Part shown: positions 18,196 to 32,000 of the stretch, piece by piece | Numbering within the stretch: position 1 is the stretch's first letter | Layout of the letters: each line of letters starts with the position of its first letter | NCBI RefSeq assembly: GCF_000014785.1 | Contig: NC_008340.1 | Span: 2,460,001-2,492,000, forward strand | From: Alkalilimnicola ehrlichii MLHE-1 | GTDB lineage: Bacteria; Pseudomonadota; Gammaproteobacteria; Nitrococcales; Halorhodospiraceae | Direction: 5' to 3' | Length of the DNA: 32,000 nucleotides | Program-made: the position numbers and the translations under genes | Notes under the pieces: generated by a model | Seen by the model: the letters and a program-made list of their open reading frames with translations, nothing else | What the model was told of the DNA's origin: nothing | The model's database searches: none

Positions 18196-20780
18196 GGCGA
18201 CACCTCCAACGGCGGCGCCAGCGGCTTCCCGCCCGGCACAGTGGCAAAGGCGTGAGAGGCGAAGGCGGGCAGGGCCACGCGGTCGGTGGTGACGGCGATC
18301 TCCAGGCTGTTGGCGCCCCGCCCCAACCGCTGCAGCACCTCGGCGGGGACCGACACGCGCCAGCGTTCCTCGCCGCGGTATTCGGCCTCGCCCCGGTGGG
18401 CCAGCCGGTTGTCACCGTCGAAGAGCAGGAACTGGACCTGCTGGATGGCCTCACGGGGATAGGGCTCGCCCTCGAAGGTGACGGCCAGCTCAAAGGCCAC
18501 CGATTCCCCGTGGGCCACCACCACCGGCCCGTCCAGGGTCAGCTCGGGGATCTGCGGCTCGGCGAACTGCAGCCACTTGTCCGCCGGGTCGGGGAAGTCC
18601 GTGAACCGGCGCAGCACCACGCTGCCGTCCACGGGGTGCACGCCGCGCAGGTAGAAGGGCCCGTCGCCCACGTAAAAGTGCCCCCGGGCGGCGTACCAAT
18701 CCGCCAGGGCCTGGTAACGCGCGGCCGCCTCATCCGGCGTCAGGTACTGGGCGAGCGTCGGGGCATAGGGCAGATGGTCGGTCTGTTGCAGCCGCTCCAG
18801 TTGGCGCCTGAGCACCGGCAGGCTCGGTCCTGAGACCAGACTCAACCAGTCCACCCGCAACCGGTCGGCCTTGTTGGAGGAGAAGGCCAGACTGCCCTCG
18901 CGCTCGGCCATAATCCCCAGGGCCAACATGTGCCAGGGGGTGGTGCCGGGGGCGCGGGCGGCGACAATGGTCTCGGCATCCGGGAAGATCTGGTCGCTGT
19001 AGACGTCGATCACCAGCGGGTCCTCCGAGACGATGTGCCAGCCGCGGAAATGGCGACGGAAGGCCTCGTAGGCCGGCACGTGGGCGACGTCGAACAGCGG
19101 GCTATCCTCGTCGGCACGCTCGAAGGTGAGGATCCAGGGCAACACCACGTCGGCCAACGAGGCGCGGGTGCCGTCGTGGAAGCGGCGCTCCAGGTAGCCC
19201 GGCTCGTAGATCAACCGCACCCGGGTGCGGGCGGTGAGCCCGTCCGGCTCAGCCTCGGCGGCGGTCACAAAGCGCTGCTCGCCGCTGTCCCAGTCCACCC
19301 AGGCCCCGTCCGGCACACGGATCGTCTCGACAGTGTCCACCTGCACCCAGTCCAGCGTGCTGTTCACCGGGGTCTCGGCCTCCACGGTGACCTCGGCACG
19401 CGCCAGGCGCTGGGGGTGGTGCAGGCCGGTGAAGGGGTCGGGCAGCACCGGCGGGTCGCTGAGCGCGCGGGTGATCATCCGGTCGAAGATCCAGTTGCTC
19501 CCCGCGATGGGGTTCCAGGGCTCGGTGATGATCTCCGGCGTGCCGATGACCACCCGGCCACCCAGCCGCCCCTCGTAGCCCAGGGTGTAGGGCCATAGGG
19601 CAGAGCCGGACGTGCCGCCTGCCAGGTCCCCGGCCAGGTTCACGTCGCGGGCCCGGGGCCAGACATTGAGTTGGTCCACCAGCCAGACCCGGGCGGAATC
19701 CCCCATGGCCAGGTCGAGGGCCTGGCGCATCAGGGCCTGGCGCTCGTCCCAGTCCCGGTAGTCGCGGCGCTGCAGCCGGTCGGCAATGTCGTCGAAGGTG
19801 GGGTCCGGCTCGTAGGCCTGCCAGAGGGGTTCGGCGCGCCCGCGCGGGGTGTAGTAATAGCTGAAGTTCTCCGCCTGGTCGCGCTGGATCAGGGTGGAGA
19901 CCCAGGCCCCGGTGTAGATGTGCCAGCGCCCCCCCGACGGGTCGCCGGCAATCCAGATCCGCGAGGCCTCCTCGGCGGTGCGGTAGAGCCGCTCCACCCG
20001 GAACCCCTCCGCCTCCAGCAGGTTGCCCAGGTAATCGCCGATGCGGCGGCGCTCGTCGTCGTTGCGGATGAGCAGGGTGAGCTGCACCGGCTCGCCCCCG
20101 TAGTACCACTGCCCCTCCCGCAGCTCCGCGCCCAGCCGCCCCATCTCGTGGCGGATCACCTCGCGGGCCCGGGCCGGATTGTGGGCGTAACGCAGCTCCA
20201 GCTCACGGGCGGTCTCGGCCAGGCGGGCATAATCCGGGAAGGCGGTGCTCAACGGCAGGTAGCGGGGCACCGCCAGGCCGCCGTAGATCTCCTCGGCCAC
20301 GTGGCGCCGGTTGACCAGCCAGTTGAGCGCCTCACGCATGGCCGGTACGGCGAAGGGGTTGAGCCGGCCGTCGGCAAACTCCGGACCGGAGGGGTTGAGG
20401 GTGAGCTCCACCGAGGTGCCGTAGGAGAGGTCGTGGGCGGTGGCGGCGGAATCGCGCAGCCGGTGGAACAGACCCGGCCGGGTGATGCCCTGGGCGAACA
20501 CCTGGTGGCTGCCGCGCTCGATCAGCCCGGTCACCTGACCCACGTCCCGCTGCTCAGTGAACACCACCTCGTCCACCAGCGCACCGCGTCGCGCCTCGAG
20601 CTGGCCCCGGTCGGCGGGCTGGCCACGGTCCACCACCTGGTGGCCCTCACCGGCGCCGCCGGCCAACCAGCCCACCAGGGCCAGCAGCAACGCCAACGCC
20701 ACCAGGGGGAACAGCCATCCTCGCAATCGACCCAACTGCACAGCCCTCCGGAAGTCCTGACCGCCTGCCGGCGCCGCCAT
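18192..20780 (-). CDS. ABC transporter substrate-binding protein (SBP_bac_5-like), N-terminally membrane anchored, apparently permuted, Ig-like C-terminus
   Basis: WLFPLVALALLLALVGWL TM anchor, then VDEVVF...FAVPAMREALNWLVNRRHVAEEIYGG...LGNLLEAEGFRV, then VVIGTPEIITEPWNP...FHDGTRASLADVVLPWI...GDGPFYLRGV. Overlaps the OppB-type gene. Confidence 0.88.
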   Translation of the reverse strand: MAAPAGGQDFRRAVQLGRLRGWLFPLVALALLLALVGWLAGGAGEGHQVVDRGQPADRGQLEARRGALVDEVVFTEQRDVGQVTGLIERGSHQVFAQGITRPGLFHRLRDSAATAHDLSYGTSVELTLNPSGPEFADGRLNPFAVPAMREALNWLVNRRHVAEEIYGGLAVPRYLPLSTAFPDYARLAETARELELRYAHNPARAREVIRHEMGRLGAELREGQWYYGGEPVQLTLLIRNDDERRRIGDYLGNLLEAEGFRVERLYRTAEEASRIWIAGDPSGGRWHIYTGAWVSTLIQRDQAENFSYYYTPRGRAEPLWQAYEPDPTFDDIADRLQRRDYRDWDERQALMRQALDLAMGDSARVWLVDQLNVWPRARDVNLAGDLAGGTSGSALWPYTLGYEGRLGGRVVIGTPEIITEPWNPIAGSNWIFDRMITRALSDPPVLPDPFTGLHHPQRLARAEVTVEAETPVNSTLDWVQVDTVETIRVPDGAWVDWDSGEQRFVTAAEAEPDGLTARTRVRLIYEPGYLERRFHDGTRASLADVVLPWILTFERADEDSPLFDVAHVPAYEAFRRHFRGWHIVSEDPLVIDVYSDQIFPDAETIVAARAPGTTPWHMLALGIMAEREGSLAFSSNKADRLRVDWLSLVSGPSLPVLRRQLERLQQTDHLPYAPTLAQYLTPDEAAARYQALADWYAARGHFYVGDGPFYLRGVHPVDGSVVLRRFTDFPDPADKWLQFAEPQIPELTLDGPVVVAHGESVAFELAVTFEGEPYPREAIQQVQFLLFDGDNRLAHRGEAEYRGEERWRVSVPAEVLQRLGRGANSLEIAVTTDRVALPAFASHAFATVPGGKPLAPPLEVSP

Positions 20781-21022
20781 CGCCCACCCCTGTCCGGGGC
20801 GACCCCGGCAGGCCCCTCCCCGCATGGTACAGAAGCCACCGCGCCTCTTTTAGCACAATCCACCGCCGCACCGACACGGCCCGGCCCGCCACAGGCGATA
20901 CGCGGCCGGACCAGGGGTGACGCCATGCCGACGGCGCTGGCCGTGAAGAGGCGTTAGACTGTTACAGTACAGGGCACCGCGCGGCGGGCCCAAGCAGCGA
21001 GCCACCAGCACAGGGAGAGCCC

Positions 21023-21622
21023 ATGCGCCGATTCAGACCCTACACCGTTGCCCTTTTGGCCGCCGGCCTCCTGCTGGCCCCACTCACCCTCAACGCCCAG
21101 CCGCCGGGGCACGCCGGCCCCGGTGCCGCCGGCGCCGAGCGTGGCCCGCCGGGGCAACGGTCCGAGCCGCGTAGCAGCGACCAGCGCCGGGACGACCGGC
21201 AGCGCTCGGACGACCGGGTGGAACGCTGGCGCAGCGAGTATGGCGAGGGCCGGTTCCGCGATCAGGAGCGGGAGATCATCCGCGAATGGCTGCGCGAGCG
21301 CCAGGATGAGACCGTCGCCGGCGGCCCACCAGGACGACCGCAGACCCCGGGGCGTTCCGGCGGCCAGCGTACCCTGCCCCCGGGCCTGCAGCAGCGCCTG
21401 GAGCGGGGCGGCGAGCTGCCGCCCGGCTGGCAACGCAAGGTGGCCCGCGGCGAGGTGGTGGACAGCGAGCTGATCCGCTACAGCCGGGTCTCCCCGGACC
21501 TGCGCCGGCGTCTGCCCCGGCAGCCAACGGACACGGAGTTGCTGGAGCTGGAGGACCAGGTCGTGCGGGTCCTCGAGACCACCGGCCTGGTGCTGGATGT
21601 CCTCGATATCCTGACGGAGTAA
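21023..21622 (+). CDS. CigR/RcnB-like exported protein
   Basis: Signal peptide; EGRFRDQEREIIREWLRE, LPPGLQQRLERGGELPPGWQRKVARGE, DQVVRVLETTGLVLDVLDIL match the CigR family layout. Confidence 0.7.
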   Translation: MRRFRPYTVALLAAGLLLAPLTLNAQPPGHAGPGAAGAERGPPGQRSEPRSSDQRRDDRQRSDDRVERWRSEYGEGRFRDQEREIIREWLRERQDETVAGGPPGRPQTPGRSGGQRTLPPGLQQRLERGGELPPGWQRKVARGEVVDSELIRYSRVSPDLRRRLPRQPTDTELLELEDQVVRVLETTGLVLDVLDILTE

Positions 21623-21655
21623 CGGGCCGGACGGCTGGCGTGAAGGGTGGTGATC

Positions 21656-21686
21656 GGCGTGGCGCGCGCTTCACCCGCGCCACGCC
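21656..21686. terminator. Possible bidirectional hairpin between convergent genes
   Basis: Perfect 11-bp inverted repeat GGCGTGGCGCG-cgcttcacc-CGCGCCACGCC in the gap between the CigR-like gene (+) and the DUF3775-like gene (-). No T-run. Confidence 0.35.
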
Positions 21687-21694
21687 GGCGGCGG

Positions 21695-22084
21695 TCACTG
21701 GTGGCAGTCGTAGCCCAGCGCCTCCAGACCCTCCTCCAGGTAATCCGGTGCCAACGGCGTGGAGAGCAGGTACTCCCCGGTGCGTGGGGTCCAGCCCTGC
21801 TGCGCCGCGGCCCGCGCACCGGACCAGTCGTCGGCCTCGAAATCACCCCGCCCCAACCACATGAGGGCCACCAGCTCCATCTGCTGATCCGGTTCCAGAT
21901 CGGCGATGGTCTCCACGCACTCCTGGTAGGTCAGGTCATCGGCGTGGCCGGCCAGGACCTGCATGGCCCAATCCTCGCTGTAACTGGTGGGACCATCGTC
22001 CGGGATGACCACGTCCTCCTGGGCCTGAAACTCCCGGATCCGCTGGATCAGGTTGCAGACCAGGTCGGGGTTCACGTTGAGCAT
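21695..22084 (-). CDS. DUF3775-like hypothetical protein
   Basis: MLNVNPDLVCNLIQRIREFQAQEDVVIPDD...DDLTYQECVETIADLEPDQQMELVALMWLGRGDFEADDW...LLSTPLAPDYLEEGLEALG. Start chosen at 22084. Confidence 0.75.
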   Translation of the reverse strand: MLNVNPDLVCNLIQRIREFQAQEDVVIPDDGPTSYSEDWAMQVLAGHADDLTYQECVETIADLEPDQQMELVALMWLGRGDFEADDWSGARAAAQQGWTPRTGEYLLSTPLAPDYLEEGLEALGYDCHQ

Positions 22085-22183
22085 GGCGGCCTCCTTGGCG
22101 GCACTGGGCCGGACCCATTCGCGGTGTGGCAATACCAGCGTACCCCAGTGGGCGCCCCTTGCAAGCGCCTTTACAATGGGTCG

Positions 22184-23407
22184 ATGCTGCCCTTGCCTCG
22201 ATTCCTCCAGCCACGGCCTGAACTGGCCGCCTTTGCGCTATTGGCCACGGCCACCTCCGGCTTTGGCCAAACCTTCCTGATGTCGGTTTTCGGCGGCGAG
22301 ATTCGCGCGGCCTTCGACCTCAGCCACAGCGCCTACGGCACGCTCTACGGCGCCGCTACCCTGGTCAGCGCCCTGCTGCTGCTACGGGCCGGGGCCTGGG
22401 TGGACCACTGGCCGTTGCGCCGGGCGGTGGCGGTGACCCTGCTGTTGCTGGCACTGGGCTGCCTGACCGTGGGACTGGCCCCCACGGCGGCGTTACTGCT
22501 CCCAGGTTTCCTTCTCATCCGCTTCGCCGGCCAGGGGCTCAGCGCCCACCTGGGCCTGACCGCCGCCGGGCGCTATTTCTCCACCCACCGCGGCAAGGTC
22601 ATGGCCCTGGCGGCCAGCGGCTTTCCCCTCGCCGAGGCCCTGTTGCCGGCAGCGGCAGTGGCCATTATGGGGCTCGGGGGCTGGCGCATGCCCTGGCTCC
22701 TGGGCGCGGGTTTCCTGCTGCTCTGCATGCTGCCGCTGCTGCTGCGGCTCACCTGGCACGCCCCCAGTGCGGCGGAGGCCGCTCGGGAGGCGGGCGGCAC
22801 CGACAACGGCCATCGCCGGCGAGACGCTCTGCGGGATCCGGGCTTCTACCTGCTGCTGCCGGCGGTGCTCGCCGCCCCGTTCATCGTCACCGCCATGCTC
22901 TTCCACCAGGCTGCCATCGCCGAGGCCCGGGAATGGCCGCTGCCCCTCATGGGCGCCGCCTTCACCGGCTTCGCCGCCGGCCACCTGGCCAGCCTGCTGC
23001 TGGCCGGCCCACTGGTGGACCGCATCGGCGCCCACCGGGCCCTGCCCCTGGCCCTGGGGCCCATCGGCCTCGGCCTGTTGATCCTGGCCTTCGGCGGCGG
23101 TGGCGGGTGGGTGCCCTTCGCCTACCTGACACTCACCGGCGCAACGCTGGGCTGGGGCGCCACCGCCGGCGGCGCCATCTGGGCCGAGCGCTATGGCGTG
23201 CGCCACCTGGGCGCCATCCGGGCCATGGCCCACGGGGTAATGGTGGCCAGCACCGCGATCGCCCCGGTGGTGGCCGGGGTGCTGCTGGACCGGGGCTGGT
23301 CGGTGACCGCCCTGGCGGGTGCGATGGTGGGTTACGTGCTGGTGGCCGGCCTCTGCGCCCGGGCGGCCCCGGCACCGCCAGCGATGCGAGCCCCCGCCGG
23401 CGGCTGA
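22184..23407 (+). CDS. Major facilitator superfamily transporter
   Basis: About 12 hydrophobic segments; GAATLVSALLLLRAGAWVDHWPLRRAV, ASGFPLAEALLP, AGPLVDRIGAHRALPLAL. The upstream part of the 586-aa ORF is not MFS-like, so the start is placed at ATG 22184. Confidence 0.88.
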   Translation: MLPLPRFLQPRPELAAFALLATATSGFGQTFLMSVFGGEIRAAFDLSHSAYGTLYGAATLVSALLLLRAGAWVDHWPLRRAVAVTLLLLALGCLTVGLAPTAALLLPGFLLIRFAGQGLSAHLGLTAAGRYFSTHRGKVMALAASGFPLAEALLPAAAVAIMGLGGWRMPWLLGAGFLLLCMLPLLLRLTWHAPSAAEAAREAGGTDNGHRRRDALRDPGFYLLLPAVLAAPFIVTAMLFHQAAIAEAREWPLPLMGAAFTGFAAGHLASLLLAGPLVDRIGAHRALPLALGPIGLGLLILAFGGGGGWVPFAYLTLTGATLGWGATAGGAIWAERYGVRHLGAIRAMAHGVMVASTAIAPVVAGVLLDRGWSVTALAGAMVGYVLVAGLCARAAPAPPAMRAPAGG

Positions 23408-23419
23408 ACCCGGCCCGCG

Positions 23420-24067
23420 TCAGGCGACGATGGCGGCGTCGCCCACAAAGGGATTGCTGCGACGCTCCTCGCCGAAGCTGCTGGCCGGTCCGTGGCCCGG
23501 GATGAAGGTCACATCATCCCCCAACGGGAAAAGCTTCTCGCGGATGGACTGCACCAGGGTGTCGTGATCGCCCCCCGGGAAATCCGAGCGGCCGATGGCG
23601 CCCTGGAACAGCAGGTCTCCGGTCAGGGCGTACCGGCTCTCCGGGTCAAAATAGGCCACATGGCCCGGGGTGTGTCCCGGCACCAGCACCACCCGCAGGG
23701 CCACCTCGCCCACCCGCACGATCTCACCGTCCTCCACCCAGTGGTCCGGCTCGAACGCCGGGGCCGGCGGGTGACCGAACATCCGGGCCTGCTCATCCAA
23801 CTGCGACAGGAGCTCCCGATCCGCCTGGTGCGGGCCGAAAATGGGCACCTGCAACCGGTCGGCCATCTCCCTGACCCCGCCCACGTGATCAATATGGGCA
23901 TGGGTCAGCAGGATACGGTCCACCGTCAGCCCCAGGTCCTCCACCTCGGCCAGCACCTTGTCCACCTCACCACCCGGATCGACCACCGCCGCCAGCCCGG
24001 TCCGCTCACAGGCCACGACGGCGCAGTTCTGCCGAAAGGAGGTCACCGGAATCACGTAGAGTTTCAT
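23420..24067 (-). CDS. MBL-fold metallo-hydrolase (glyoxalase II-like)
   Basis: Metal-binding motif LTHAHIDHVGG, VLVPGHTPGHVAYF, LTGDLLFQGAIGRSDFPGGDHDTL, FIPGHGPASSFGEERRSNPF. Start at 24067 (MKLYVIPV). Confidence 0.93.
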   Translation of the reverse strand: MKLYVIPVTSFRQNCAVVACERTGLAAVVDPGGEVDKVLAEVEDLGLTVDRILLTHAHIDHVGGVREMADRLQVPIFGPHQADRELLSQLDEQARMFGHPPAPAFEPDHWVEDGEIVRVGEVALRVVLVPGHTPGHVAYFDPESRYALTGDLLFQGAIGRSDFPGGDHDTLVQSIREKLFPLGDDVTFIPGHGPASSFGEERRSNPFVGDAAIVA

Positions 24068-24173
24068 GACAACCCCGAACAAAGTTTTTCAATCTGGAGT
24101 AATTCTAAATTCTAGCACAGCCGCGCCGTCACTGGCAGTATATGGCCTCTTCCTTCGGCGCTGGAGGTACGTA

Positions 24174-30701
<6,528 letters not shown>

Positions 30702-30745
30702 CCGGGCGCACGGCGACCGGCCCCCGGGTCGGCGCCCCTAAAACG

Positions 30746-30775
30746 ACGAAGGGGCGCCCGAGGGCGCCCCTTCGT
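30746..30775. terminator. Rho-independent-type hairpin between convergent uvrA and lpxC
   Basis: Perfect 14-bp inverted repeat ACGAAGGGGCGCCC-ga-GGGCGCCCCTTCGT. Read on the minus strand it is followed by GTCGTTTTAGG, a short T-run. Located between convergent stop codons. Confidence 0.75.
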
Positions 30776-30800
30776 CCGGTCGGAAGCTGACCGCCACCGA

Positions 30801-31718
30801 TCAGCCGGCCACCGCCAGCCCCGGTCGATCGTAGGCGATCGGCGAGTCGGAGGCCTGATCGAAGGTGACCTCCTCCCAGGCGTCCTCCTGCGCCAGCAGC
30901 GCCCGCAACAGCTTGTTGTTCAGCGAGTGCCCGGACTTATGGCCCTTGAAGGCCCCGATCAGGCTGTGGCCCAGCAGGTAGAGATCGCCGATGGCATCCA
31001 GGATCTTGTGCTTGACGAACTCATCCTGATAGCGCAGCCCGTCTTCGTTGAGGATGCGGTAGTCGTCCACCAGGATGGCGTTGTCCAGGCTGCCCCCCAG
31101 CGCCAGCCGGTTGGCCCGCAGCATCTCGATGTCGCGCATGAAGCCGAACGTGCGCGCACGGCTCACCTCCTTGACGAAGGAGGTGCTGGAGAAATCCAAT
31201 TCCGCGAAGCCGTTTTGCTCGGTGAACACCGGGTGGTCGAAATGCAGCGTGTAGCCCACCTTGAACCCGTTGAACGGCTCGAAGGCGGCCCACTTGTCGT
31301 CCTCCTCCACCCGCACCGGCTTGCGGATCCGGATGAACCGCTTCAGCGCATTCTGTTCCTCGATGCCCGCAGAACGGATCAGGAACACGAACGGCCCCGA
31401 ACTGCCGTCCATGATCGGCACCTCCGGGGCGCTCACCTCGACGAAGGCGTTGTCGATCCCCAGGCCGGCCATGGCGGAGAGCAGGTGCTCCACCGTGTAG
31501 ACCCGCGCCTCCCCCTGGGAGAGGCAGGTGGAGAGTCGGGTATCCCCGACGTTCAGCGCATGGCCGGGGATATCCACCGGCGGGTCCAGATCCACCCGTC
31601 GGAAGATAATACCGGTGTTGGCCGGCGCCGGTCGGAGGGTGAGGTACACCTTCTCGCCGGTGTGCAAGCCCACGCCAGTGGCGCGGATACTGTTCTTTAA
31701 CGTGCGCTGACGGATCAT
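30801..31718 (-). CDS. lpxC: UDP-3-O-acyl-N-acetylglucosamine deacetylase
   Basis: [39 protein letters not shown]...[33 protein letters not shown]...[14 protein letters not shown]...[36 protein letters not shown]. Start at ATG 31718. Confidence 0.98.
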
Positions 31719-31890
31719 GTCGACGGCCAACTCCAGGGTTTATTGTTGCCAGTCACCGGCGTCTTCGGGCACAACGGGCCCGTGGGACGGCGGCGAGCGA
31801 CGTCATTCTACTGTAATCCACCGCACCGTGTATAGTGCAGTGCAACATAGCGCCGCGACCCTTTCCGGCCGGCACCGCCGGCGCCAGCGG

Positions 31891-32000
31891 TCAGTCCGCC
31901 TGACGCCGGAGGAAGGCGGGAATATCCAGGTATTCCATATCGCCCTCGTCTTCCACACCCGGCCGGTCGTTGGCCGCCTTCTTGCGGATCACCGTCGGCC
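31891..32000 (-). CDS. ftsZ: Cell division protein FtsZ, C-terminal end (partial at window edge)
   Basis: Reverse complement encodes ...PTVIRKKAANDRPGVEDEGDMEYLDIPAFLRRQAD*, the conserved FtsZ C-terminal peptide, directly upstream of lpxC as in the dcw cluster. Confidence 0.93.
   Translation of the reverse strand, partial: PTVIRKKAANDRPGVEDEGDMEYLDIPAFLRRQAD

Noticed and set aside
15740-20957. Long plus-strand ORFs (15740..17122, 19671..20957) opposite the ABC transporter operon
   Set aside because: Same shadow-ORF pattern; no recognisable motifs, and the opposite strand encodes clear permease and SBP proteins.
20958-20968. Small palindrome ACTGTTACAGT upstream of the CigR-like gene as an operator
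   Set aside because: Too short and single-copy to support as a regulatory site from sequence alone.

Overview
High-GC gammaproteobacterial chromosome segment; gene order and halophile-like acidic proteins suggest something near Ectothiorhodospiraceae, but this is inference only. From left to right it carries: a Flp/type IVb pilin with its prepilin peptidase; a minus-strand type I secretion locus (OmpA-like protein, BapA/LapA-type N-terminal-domain protein, TolC-like protein, ABC ATPase/permease, HlyD-type adaptor); a response-regulator/EAL protein and an HD-GYP-related protein that lacks the HD catalytic core; an SLT lipoprotein; a YigZ/IMPACT protein; a DUF900-type hydrolase; a five-gene peptide-type ABC transporter operon; a CigR/RcnB-like protein; a DUF3775-type protein; an MFS transporter; an MBL-fold hydrolase; a very large (about 2175 aa) tandem-fused UvrA with four ABC half-modules; a terminator hairpin; lpxC; and the 3' end of ftsZ. 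The strongest unusual signal is inside uvrA. Two separate in-frame insertions carry related multi-hairpin elements (about 26280-26460 and 28781-29060). They share a conserved core read in the same frame and orientation. Their long outer inverted repeats (29/29 bp and 24/25 bp) differ completely in sequence but stay self-complementary, and the inner stems show compensatory changes. The first insertion also holds 11 perfect copies of a 9-bp repeat. A second notable signal is that the ABC transporter substrate-binding protein appears circularly permuted and membrane-anchored. No CRISPR array, tRNA, rRNA or transposase gene was recognised.
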